Shown in pieces: positions 1 to 11,355 of a stretch of 64,000 nucleotides of DNA. Position 1 is the first letter of the stretch. The number at the start of each line of letters is the position of its first letter. Under the pieces are notes generated by a model that saw only the letters and a list, made by a program, of their open reading frames with translations, ran no database searches and was not told where the DNA came from. Location of the stretch: positions 62,001-126,000 of the forward strand of contig JAAOMT010000088.1 in NCBI GenBank assembly GCA_016748015.1, written 5' to 3'. A program made the translations under genes and the position numbers. This DNA comes from Geosiphon pyriformis uo1. Its lineage: Eukaryota; Fungi; Glomeromycota.

Positions 1-699
1 TAAAAGTTAAAATTTTGTTAAGATCTAAGAGAAAATTAATCTTAACTTTTTTTTTTTTGTGGATTTAGAGAAATTAATAACCAGTTTATTTATATCATAG
101 TTATTATTAATTAAGTTGAAAACATAAAAAAAGTTTTTTTCTGATTGGTTTGTACTCTTAATTTTTAGAGATGTGTTTACTAGTTTAAAGATTAATAAAC
201 AGTGGCTTTAACTAAAAAATTCTTTCCAAAAAAATTAATATTGGCATAATTAAATCTTTAATTGGAAACATTATTGTTGTTAAGTCTATTGTTTTAATTA
301 TTATTGTTTTTAGAAACTAAAGAAAACAAAGAAAGATTGTTGCAATTTCTGAAAAAATATTTAATTAATCTACAATAATAGCATATAAATAGGTCATAAT
401 TTTGTTGTCTTTGATAAAAAAGTTGTTAAAATTGATTAAAACAAAGTTCAACTTTAGGTCTTTGAAATTGTTAAGTTTTTCTGACTGCTTGGGCTAAAAG
501 TTTTAATAACCAAACAAGATTGGCTGTAAGTTTATTTATTAATTGTTTATTAAGATCTTGAGTTTAGATAATAAAAAAGATAACAGCCATTTAAGATGCA
601 AAAGCTATAATAGAAGCAGAAACAAAAACTAAAAGTGTGGTTCCCAAATGTATTTTTTGGTTATTTTCAATTTTTTGTACGAGTTTAATAATTATATTC

Positions 700-1600
700 A
701 TAGTTAGATTATCTTTTAAAACCAGAAGAGATTAAAAAGCATAAAATAAGTTAGTTCTCAATTCTTTTATAAAAAATGAATTTTTTGTTTTTTTGTTTAG
801 TTTTTTCCAAAATCTATTTGTTTGATAAGCTTTCTAATTGATTTGACATATTTGATTACAACTTTACCAAAGTCTTGAATTCTTTTTTCTAATTTTATAT
901 GTTATTTGAAGATTAAGATAAGAGTTTTGAATTTGTTTTCAAATTAAATAGTAAAAAAAGTATTTTTTTTTTAATATTTGTTAGTGTTTATCTAATAATT
1001 TTTTGGTAAGCATTAGCATTGGTTTTTTATAAAAACCAAGTAACAAAAGAGTTTTGGAAATAGCCACTAATAATTTGAAACTTATACTCTATATTATATT
1101 AATTAGCAATAATTGCTTTTTTAAAATTATCTAATTATTTAATTGGGTCTTAAATATTACTTCTAAATAATAATAATAAGATGTTGTTTCTTTGTTTTAA
1201 AGTATTTTATATGTTTTAAAAGACAGTCAAAATATTTGTTTGCATAGAGTTAGCAGCCATTAATTTAAAAATAGCTGTTTGTATAAAATAATCTAATTTA
1301 CTTAAAAAAAATTAAAAACAAAAGCAGTTTAATAACTTTTTTTTTTGTTTTAAAAAAAGTTCTAGTTAATTAATAGGCAGTAATCCAAATATGAATTTAA
1401 TAATTTAGATATTCGAAATTAGGAAACTGTTAATTAAAAGTTGTTGAATATAAAAGTTAATTAATGTAATTGTTTTTTTTAAGAGTTTTTTCAAAGTAAG
1501 CTTAATCAAAAAAATATTGTATAAGCTATAAAGCAAATCAAGCAAAAGAACAAAGAATTAAGTTCAATAAAATTTAGGTTATTTCTGTTGTATACTACAA
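700..1600 (-). mobile_element. Heavily eroded Ty3/Gypsy gag relic; boundaries approximate
   Basis: The reverse strand of ~1010-1125 translates as KKAIIAN*YNIEYKFQIISGYFQNSFVTWF, matching the retrotransposon Gag pattern (kA..AN.w.......i..YL...A..WF). Same pattern in the younger Gag at ~30.1 kb. Confidence 0.45.
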
Positions 1601-2233
1601 AATATTCTTTTGATTATTATGACAGATATAAATAATTACTTATACAATAAGAAACAAAGTAAATTTTGACAACCTTACAAAGAGCACCATTTTTATGTTA
1701 TAAGTTAAAATAACAAGTTAATAAATAGTAAAAGAGAACAGAATTGTAAAATAATAAAATTAATCAAAAAAAATTACAATAAGAGAGTGAATTAAATAAG
1801 TAAAAATTTAATATGCATAATTAGTCTTATAAAAATTACAGTTATAAATCTTTTTTGGAAATTTAAAAATAGAAAAATAGTCTATAATTGTTAATAAGAT
1901 AACACTACTGCTATTATTTTATGCTTTAACTTAAGCAATTTTTAGAATTAATAACAGATATTGTTGTGTTTTTTAATTATTTTTTTATTTAATAAATTAT
2001 AAAAACAAATAATTACTTCTTAGATTAATTCTAACAATACAAATAAAAAAAAAGAAAAGATAAAATATGTAAAAGCCAACAAGTAATCTTTTATCTCAAG
2101 ATGTTTAGATATTTAAAAATAAGAAAAAGAGAATAAATATAAAAAAAAATAATTAATAGTGGATTTTATTTTGTTACTTTGATCATGTTTTTCTATAGTT
2201 TAAGAGACTCATCACTTATATAGCTATTAAAAG

Positions 2234-2368
2234 TGGTCAATAATCAGGTTATTGATCAAATCAATAATTAGATTATTAATTAGATCAATAATTAAGTTAA
2301 TAATCAAATTATTAATTAAATTAATAATCAGATCAATAATTAAGTTAATAATTAAATTATTAATTACT
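2234..2368. repeat. Degenerate 12-bp-period tandem array mixing direct and inverted units
   Basis: tgg-tcaataatc agg-ttattgatc aaa-tcaataatt aga-ttattaatt aga-tcaataatt aag-ttaataatc and so on, about 11 units. TCAATAA and TTATTGA are reverse complements. Confidence 0.7.
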
Positions 2369-4129
2369 ATCTAAAAATAAGATGGCTAATTATATGACAT
2401 TAATAGTTAATATATATAATAACTAATAAAAACTATGGTTTTTAATCATAATAATATATTAATAATTATTAATAATATTTTAACTTTATTTGATAATTTA
2501 GGTTTAAATATTAATATTAAAGTAAATAGTTTGCTTTTTTTAATATTAATAAAACTTTAAACAATTATTTTTGCTTTTAAATATATTTTTTTGTTATATA
2601 ATTGTAAATTTAAATAGTTAAGTAAATTTAAATATTTGTATTAATAAATTAAATTTATTATTGTTAAATTTTAAAAATTATTGCTGGCTTAAAAAAAATA
2701 CATTATAAATATTATTAAAAAAAAAGTTTATAATTATTTAATTTAAAATAAAAAGCTATTTTAATATATTTAATAATAAATAAATTGACAAATTATTAAT
2801 AATATATATATTTTCAATTTGTTTTTTTTAATTAATATTATAAAAAATTTGTTAATTTTAATAATATAATAGTTTTAAACAATATTTATTATTTTGTTAA
2901 AAATATTTACAAAACTGTATATTATGTTTATTAAAAAAATAGATTTGGTATTAATGTAATAATAATTTTTTTAGAAATATAAATTAATCTAAAATATTAA
3001 TAATATAATATTTTAATATTTATATAACTTTTGAATTTATTTATTAAATATTAACTAATTTGTATATATATATAATAAAAACTTTAAATAAAAATTGCCA
3101 ATAATAAAAAAAAACATTTATATAATAAGTTATATTTTAATATTTTTTGTTTATTTTGTAATAAAATTAAATTTTTAAATCATATTTTTATTTGTAAATT
3201 TAATAAAACTATTTATAAAAATTTGTTAATATATATATTGCTTATTAGATGTTTTTATTTATTTATAATATTATAATTATTGTTTAATTATCTAATAATA
3301 TTAATTTATATGTTGCTTTATATAAAACTTTATTTATAAAAATTAATATTATAAAACATTGACAATTTTTGGCAAAATTAAAGATATAATATTAAAATTA
3401 ATAAAGTTTGTATATAGTTTTGTAATTAATTATAGACTTTGAATTCGGAATTTTAAATCTAAATATTAGATTAATTTATAAAAAACTGGTTTAATAATAA
3501 GTTATTTTTTGTTTATAATTTGTTAAAAGTTTTGTTATATAATAATATTAAATTATTTAATTTAGATAAAAACTTGAATATATATTATAGATTATAATTG
3601 TATTGTTTTTTTATGATATTTTTAATAATAATAATATTAAAATAAATGTATAATATTGTCTTAATTAATTTGAATAGCTGGTTATATATAAAAAATACAT
3701 AATTTGTATTTAATTTAAAATACATAATTGTTGTATTAAATAATAATTAAGTTTTAATTAAAATAAAAAACAAAAAAAAACACTATTGTTTTAATATTTT
3801 TTAATATGTTTTGTTTTTTAATTTTGCAAAATTTTTGGTTTATATTAACAAATAAATTTTTAGTAAATATAAATTAGCCAAAAATATTATTAAAAAAAAT
3901 TGGTTAAAACTTATAACTTTTTAACAAAAACAACTTATTTTTAATAATAATTTAATTATTTGAGATAAAAAAAGTTGTATAAAACTGTTGTTTAATTGAA
4001 TATGCTTTTATAAAATTGTTTAAGTTTAATTCTTACCAATATTATAAATAAAACAATTAATTAAACATTAACTGCACAAAATAAAGTTATTAAATATGAT
4101 ACACAGTAATAAAATAAACCAATATATTA

Positions 4130-5018
4130 TTATTTTTTGTTTTTGTAAAGCATTAAATTAAACTATTACAATTTATGCTTAAAGTTTTAATAAATCTTTT
4201 TGGAATTGCTTTTTGTTACTTTTCTTTACACTTTATCAATATATTAATGTTCACATTAATACAAATCTATTTCTAATTCAAATAATAATTATAGCTTTTA
4301 TATTTTGAAACAAAGTGCAAAAACAACAAATAGCTCTTTCTACACAAAATTACATGTGATAACAAACTTACTTATTTTTGGAAAACTAATGAGTGGAAGT
4401 TTGCCTAGGTTTATGAGATGGAAAAACAAGTCCATAAAACCCAAGTGGATAGGTTTATTCATGCAGTCTCTATTGATTTGGATTTCATGATATTTTTCTA
4501 CTAAAAGAATAGGTAAAATTGGTCAATAAGATATTGGATTTATTATTCATATTTGCATCTACATGGACAATTTAATATCAAAAAAAAACAAGTTAATACA
4601 ATCAACTTTTAAACGCAAAAAAAAAAGCCAAAAGGCTTTATAAAGCAATACCGTGTATGCAACGAAAAATTAAACACCTGCAAAATGAAATTCACAGAAA
4701 AGCTATTGCTTTTTTTACCCATGAATTCGACGCTATCGTTCGAGGTATCTAACATGATGAATCGAAGAACAAGAAACATTACACGGAAATCGGTCCGAAA
4801 AATACTTGGCTGGGCACATTATCGATTTCGACACGGTTTAATAGCCAAAGCAGAGGAATTAGGAATTCATGTTATTATCCAAAATGATCTGCGATATATA
4901 AATGCCGAAATTGTATGACTGTAATGGGAGAATTTTTCTCCGGGCATTGCTTGATGGAGCCTTGATTCTCTCCGGAGATCATGCAGGAAATAGTAGCAAT
5001 GCGCAACATTGTTTATAA
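4130..5018 (+). pseudogene. Fanzor2 / IS607-TnpB-like RNA-guided nuclease relic (frameshifted, internally deleted); 5' boundary approximate
   Basis: Joining frames gives ...ITCDNKLTYFWKTNEWKFA*VYEMEKQVHKTQVDRFIHAVSIDLD (RuvC-I; D at 4475-4477, DPG>DLD) / S*YFSTKRIGKIGQ*DIGFIIHICIYMDNLISKK / KRLYKAIPCMQRKIKHLQNEIHRKAIAFFTHEFDAI / FEVSNMMNRRTRNITRKSVRKILGWAHYRFRHGLIAKAEELGIHVIIQN / SAIYKCRNCMTVM / IFLRALLDGALILSGDHAGNSSNAQHCL*. The WAHYRFR, CxxC and IFLR motifs are typical of IS607-TnpB/Fanzor2. Confidence 0.85.
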
Positions 5019-5066
5019 TTGATATAGTACAATCCATTTGATTCCTCAACTTTAATTTTTTCAAAG

Positions 5067-5855
5067 ATGTCTGACGATGATTATGAGGAAGCTCCTGAAG
5101 AAGAGTAAATTTTCTGTTTTAATTGGTAGTGAATTTTATTGGTACAAAGTATGATCCAAATTTCCCCCGAGATTTGCATTATTTTAGAATCTATGAGCCT
5201 GCAATCGGTGTAGACGAAATTGAAGTAAGAGCTTTCAAAAAGATTTTTCTTGCTTTTAACAATATATCTGATTTTTTGCGTATTCGCTGCGCAAGGATGA
5301 AGAGCATGGATATGACGAAGAAGCCGAATTCGATGAAGAAATGGCTCATGATATGCAGACTGGGCAAGCAGATGGTTTAGTAAGAACAGGTGTTGGGGTC
5401 GAGGGGGATACAATTGTCCAAATTTTGACAAATGGTGTCGAAAGTGTTTACGAACACAAAGCTCCCGTTGTGCCCGAGAAACCGCGTGAAAAAGTGACCA
5501 CGCCTTACATGACAAAGTACGAAAGGGCGAGAATATTGGGGACACGTGCTTTGCAGATAAGGTATTTTTATTTTAAAAAAAACTTCAAAACAATTTTTAT
5601 TGATATAATTTATTTGATTTCTATTATAGTATGAATGCCCCAATTCTTGTGGATCGTGGAAATGAGACGGATCCATTGGCTATTGCAAGGAAAGAGCTAC
5701 GTGAGAAGAAAATTCCTTTGATGGTGCGCAGATATCTGCCTGATGGGAGTTACGAAGATTGGCACGTAAAAGAGTTGATTGCTGGATTTGATGAACCAAC
5801 AGCCGAGGAGAGACGAATTCAGATTGAAAATGAAAAAGATGACGAACTACCTTGA
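5067..5855 (+). CDS. RPB6: DNA-directed RNA polymerases I, II and III subunit RPABC2 (4 exons)
   Basis: Acidic N-terminus [12 protein letters not shown]. Signature [26 protein letters not shown]...[35 protein letters not shown] introns restore the frame. Confidence 0.97.
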
Positions 5856-6047
5856 GAGATATCAGATTGAATGGAGCATATTATTGACCTCCAGAATCCT
5901 GAGCATATAAATATGTCATTTAAATACTGTCATAATACTAATACCAATCTAGGTAGTTCTTTAAACAGTTTAGCTTTTGGTCATTCAAGATTAATATCAA
6001 AAGATTAAAACTGAGAATTGCGGATAAATAAAATTCCAATCTGTTTC

Positions 6048-7096
6048 TCAAATCCTTGTGGTTATCCATATTGCTGCCTTGCATCCGTTATTGATTATAA
6101 ATGACAACGGCCCGTAAAGAGGTGCCTTTGGATTATTTTAATAAGTACAAGCAAGGGTAAAGGAACTGGAATCTAGCCTTTGAATTGAATATTTAAATCT
6201 AATACCTTCTGAGCATTGTAATTTACCGCTGTATCGAGATGATGGAGTTCATCATCGCGGAACTTCTGAATTATCTGATGTGACAATCAAGCAGTTGAAA
6301 ATACTTGAAAAACTACACTAAACTTTATAATTTAAAACTTTCTTTACCTGAGTTAATTCGGCAATTTCTTCACTCTTTTCCAATTTGATCAGTTCCCTTA
6401 ATTGACTAAAATTATGTTCTAATTGATTATTGGACTTCCTTAATTTAAAGACAATGGCATTCTTTATCCGTACTCATTATAATGTTCTCCAATCACTGTC
6501 TCTACCGCTTCGGTACAAGCCATCGCTGCCTCTTTACCTAACAATGCGGTCCCAGCACCAAGAATGAATCCGGCAGACTCCCATAATGGACGCAAAAACG
6601 TGGGACGTACGCGATGCCTCGCGATTATGTCATCAAATGTTGTAAGATGATGTTTTTCCTGATCCCACATTTCCTATTGTTTGATTAATCTAAATTTTCT
6701 TTGATGATAATTTGACCAATATAAAATATATCAATCACATACTTGTATGACCGGTCCGACTATTTTATCCTTTCCCAACACTGCCATCTGGCCTCGGTAA
6801 ATCCAATCAGCACCGACCTCTCCAGCATGGTCAACCCGAATCATTGCATCGATGATTGATTTTTGGTGGTTTGATAAGCCTTTAGCCTGTTTTATTTTTG
6901 CATCAGTGTTAGGAGTGAGATTGATATCATTTTGTGTTGGTGGCGCAATTGTTTCAGTAATTCTTGATGGGAAAGTGGAAATTCGGTGACTCCGAATAGA
7001 TTTTAAATAAGTTCTAAGCCACAAATCCGAGCCATAATTATGTGGTGTAAATAATTGATGATTTTTGAAAATCAGAGGACGATACAATCGATGCAT
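6048..7096 (-). CDS. COQ7: 5-demethoxyubiquinone hydroxylase, mitochondrial (di-iron)
   Basis: [69 protein letters not shown]. Basic N-terminal presequence; 5 exons. Confidence 0.97.
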
Positions 7097-7600
7097 TTTC
7101 TGGAAAAAAGATCACGAAGAGTCAAAGGTTTTTTTGGGTTGATATAGATATTTTTAGATGTTTATTCGTTTATGTTTATACGACAATAAAGCTCAGAACA
7201 ACCTCTAATACAGGATTTCCCAACAATATGATTCCAAATGGTAAAAGAATTGCTCTAATTATCAAAATGTAGCAGACGTGAAATAAGCCGAAACAACGAT
7301 CCGCTCCGCCAAGAAAGAACCAATATCTACGGCTCTCAGATGATCCTCTGCACACTTTATTCTAATGTGTCATGGAAACCGCAAAGACTTCTTCAGGAAC
7401 TTTGCAGTATATAGGTTTAGTTACACATTATAGCAATGATTAAAGAAAATGTAAAACAGATTGGTTCGTTTGTCATGTGATTCTAATGGGGCCTTCGAAT
7501 TATGGGATAGTTTCTGTTAGCGATTATCATGTAAATTGTGAAGCTTTGCGTTTATGACTCCACATAAGTTTCTTATCGAACTTGGTCAAACGAGCACGTT

Positions 7601-10600
7601 ATGGGTTGGAAGCACATTTTATATCTATTACTGCTTTCTAGTAATATAATAGCCACTTTCTTAATATCAAAGGTCAAAGCAGTTCAAGATCTTCTTGTAA
7701 GAAACCTTAAAATTTGGTTTCCTTGTTGTCTGACTGAATTCTTTTAAATTTTTGATTTATTTGAAGTTTTCAGGGATTTAATAACTTTTAATCACAATAT
7801 GCTTTGTTTTTTTACACTTGGCGAATCAAGACAGAAGATCCGGGCTATCAAACTCGATGTTCGGGAATGTTTTCAAAAAGTGCGATCCCAGGTGGCTCTG
7901 ATCCGTTTATTTCTGGTAAAGAGGGCTTCCTTTAGGTGTTGTATGTGTAATGGCATTAAAACTTGTCTAATTTATGTTCAATCCTCAAGTAACTTTTGCA
8001 CCTAGCTCTTTAGGCGATGTCGCCACTGTTATTTATGATTTTAAAGACAAAGATAAGATTGGATGCCGAGACAAGAATTCTAATGAAGTAAGCTATTCAA
8101 ATGATTAATTGTATTTTAACGTATCTACACACTAATAATTTCATATATATTGCATGATAAAGCTATACAAAATTTGTGACAAATCTGCCGTGGAATCTAA
8201 ATGTTGCGAGGAAAAACAACTTGGAAACTTTATCGTAGAAAAAGATTCAAATATAGAAACATATCGTTATCCTGATAATTCATTTTTTAAATATGAGGTG
8301 AAGAAGACGGGATATTATTGCGTCAACGCCATCAGTATCAATGGTATAGGCAGATTTACTGCGATATTAGATTGGAGAAATCCATATGGTGAGCTGCCTG
8401 GAAATGATTATCCCAAATTACCGGTGAGTTCCAATTCTTAATTACTGATTGAATTCATTGTAATGGAAATACTGTGCTCTTGAGTCTGTCAATACCAGTA
8501 TATGAGGTGGGATGACAAGTGCAGATAGAGGAAAGGGACAAAGGCAAGGTTTCTCTTATTAGACATCTGGGCACTAAATATGAAACTAGGGATCTTAACT
8601 GTTTGAGTAAACTCCTGTTTATGCTCAGCTAAAGAGTTATTTTCTCTGAGCCAGATTATTGGGCTCGAATATATCCGGATACACTGCTATCCACCTTAGT
8701 CACACTGATCTCATTTGAATAACGATCATACCATAATGACAAAATACAATAGTCAAACACAAGTTTTTACAAATATAAATAAGGTTAATTGAATTATCTC
8801 AGCGGAGGCCAACGAAGATTACGTTTGTCAATTTTCAGTCTCAATAAGAAGCTTTTTGAATCTTCTCTCAAGGAACAAAATATTTTAATCTGACGTCTAG
8901 ATTCTTCGGATAACTTTAAGAGAGGATTTTGGAAATCTTCCTGAAGCTCACAGGTTGTAGAGCTGATGATGATTGATTGTACAAAGGCTGCGCTCCATGC
9001 TTACTTTCCTTTCATAAAATGTCGATGAAGAAATGATCATCCGCAAAACAACGTGAAATGGATGTGATCTTGATTCAAAGGACTCAAAATTAAGGAATTG
9101 GAATGTATTTCCCAACCTATTTTTTTCCAGAGATTCTCACAGATCATGCTTGCTCAATTTGAAAACATGCAAGGATTGATAGATTGTCAATTAGTTGGGT
9201 AGCTAGCATAATAAGAAATTCCTAATCTGGGATATTCTCTGAGTGGCACAATAAAATGCTTTTTATGAGGCATCTTTAATCAACCTTTTGACCTGTTTTC
9301 CCTCTTTAATTTTTATATCGAAAGCCATGAACTGTGTTACCCTGCTTAAAATTTATCCAGCCGATTTAACAGATATAAATTCGGGATTTCATATTAACCA
9401 TCTTACGATTTAACATAGTTTTACGGTCTATTGTCGTTAGTATATTTGGGGATTGGCATTATTTGGATGGCGTTGAGCATAATACATTGGCGTGAAATTC
9501 TTCCTGTTCAGGTAGATACTTTAACCTTATGTTTCGATTTTTCCAATCTTGGGTATCTGAAGCTGGTTCTTTCCAATTCTTTGGCATTCATGATTTATTT
9601 TTCAGAACTATATATCAGGTGTCATCTTATTTCTTATGATTGAAATGGCGTTCAACTGGGGCTATTGGGAGAATTATAATATCGATGGAGCTTCATGTAA
9701 GTTGAAATAGTGTTTTGCTACAATAAAAAAAGTGAGTAATTCTCGTTTCTTACTGGGTTTTTATTCATTCAACATAGCTACTTTTTTGCTTTGTGTTGTC
9801 TCCATATTAAATGCGGGAAGAAACTCGATTTCATTCTTTATGCTATTAATAGTGTGTATGGGTTATGGTGTTGTCAAGTAAGTTTGTCACAGAGTGGGTA
9901 AAAAGCTTAATTATAATTATTGATTTATAAAGGTGATGACTTTAGAATTTTACTGAAACACGATATAATAATTGATATAAAGGCCAACTTTAGGCAGTAC
10001 GATGACCAAATGTCGTTTACTAGCAGCGGCTCACTTTATATTTGGAGTTATCTATGCGGCTGGTACAATGCTTGTGAATCCGGATACTACTGGTCCTCTT
10101 GTTTTTTTCATCATCTTTCCACTCGCACTTACAATGACCGCATTTCATATCTGGACACTACAATCCCTTACACAAACAATACAAACCCTTGAGATACGTC
10201 GACAAAAGGTTAAAGCACTAATGTATCGTCGATTGTATCGGTTACTTTTGTTTTCTGTCAGCGTTCTTGGGATTTTCTTTGTGATAAATCTTATGAATTA
10301 TTGGCATCGTGAGGATTTAGATTACATGCCGCGATACTGGCATTGGAGATGGTTTTTGTTGGATGGATGGTTAAATATATTATATTTAATCGTCTTCACC
10401 GTTATCATCGTGTTATGGCGACCGACAGGGAATAATAAAAGATATCCTTTGTACGGAATTTCAGTTTTAGCTTGATATTTTCGTTACTTTCCAATTGCAA
10501 ATATCAAATTCCCTGACTATATAAACGTTTGCGATGAGCGATGAACTTGGACAAGAGGATGTAGATGACTTAGAGATTAATAATCTCCGAGCTGCCGAAA

Positions 10601-10821
10601 ATTTGGGTTATGATAATGTGAAATATCGTGACCGTCCCACTACTAATACTGGTAATGGAGCTACTATTGAAGGTGAGGGTGGAGCGATTTTTGATATAGG
10701 TGAAGAGCCTGATGATGAATTTGCAAAATGGACCGACGATGAAAGTCATAATGGTGAAGGCGGCAATTTACCAGGGGATTCACAGTCTCATCATGTAGCG
10801 CAACCTGATTCACAGAGGTAA
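7601..10821 (+). CDS. PTM1: PTM1 / TMEM87 (lung seven-transmembrane receptor, GOST family) membrane protein
   Basis: Signal peptide MGWKHILYLLLLSS, CSGMFSK..GGSDPFI, KKTGYYCV, DWRNPYGELPGNDYPKLP, EILPVQ, NAGRNSISFFMLLIVCMGYGVV-RP, WRWFLLDGWLNILY, LWRPTGNNKRFAMSDEL, acidic tail. About 9 exons. Confidence 0.93.
10442..10526 (+). other. U12-type (minor spliceosome) AT-AC intron in PTM1
   Basis: 5' splice site ATATCCTTT at 10442, branch site TTCCCTGAC at 10509-10517, terminal AC at 10525-10526. Removing it restores NNKR-FAMSDEL in frame. Confidence 0.92.
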
Positions 10822-11355
10822 GATAGTGATTCCTTGTTTTGGGTTTCTCGATCCTAACGCAGTTAATTTAGGGCTCTTCATTTTCAGGATAAGTGAAGAT
10901 GACGAGAGTTCGCGCATACGGCAAGAAATAAGCAAACTAAATTGAAAAAGAAAATTTCCATAGATTTTTTGGTTAAGCTGGTCTAAACTTTTCAAGATAA
11001 AGGGAGATCTGAGATTTTCAAAGGGAGACAAATGGTTCTGAAATTAAATTTTTCGGCCAATACATTTAATAATTTAGAATATACGGTTATTAATTAGTAA
11101 AAAGTTCAAATTTTGAATTTGGGCCAATAATCAACAATCGAACTTGGATGTTTAGCGGCATTTTCTTTTGCTTGAATGATGAAATATTGCTTGAAAACGA
11201 TCGTTAATAGAAAATATTTTTTTTTGGGAACAGAACTTTATTTTTGGCTACTAACTAATATTAAGTCGGCAATTGGTTATTACTGTGCATAATAATGGAG
11301 ATGAGTAAATCACAATTTCGATATTTGAAATTTGAAATGCGAAACTAAACTTCAA

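Noticed and set aside
2234-2368. CRISPR-like array
   Set aside because: No spacers, 12-bp period, eukaryotic context.
3300-3700. Possible IS607 TnpA serine recombinase upstream of the Fanzor relic
   Set aside because: Only a vague resemblance in sequence of ~10% GC; no defensible translation.
9225-9360. GAGTGGCACA matching human U11 snRNA, with a U-rich stretch ~67 nt downstream
   Set aside because: No 5' AAAGGG, no recognisable stem-loop III, and the Sm-like site lacks the terminal G; likely chance.
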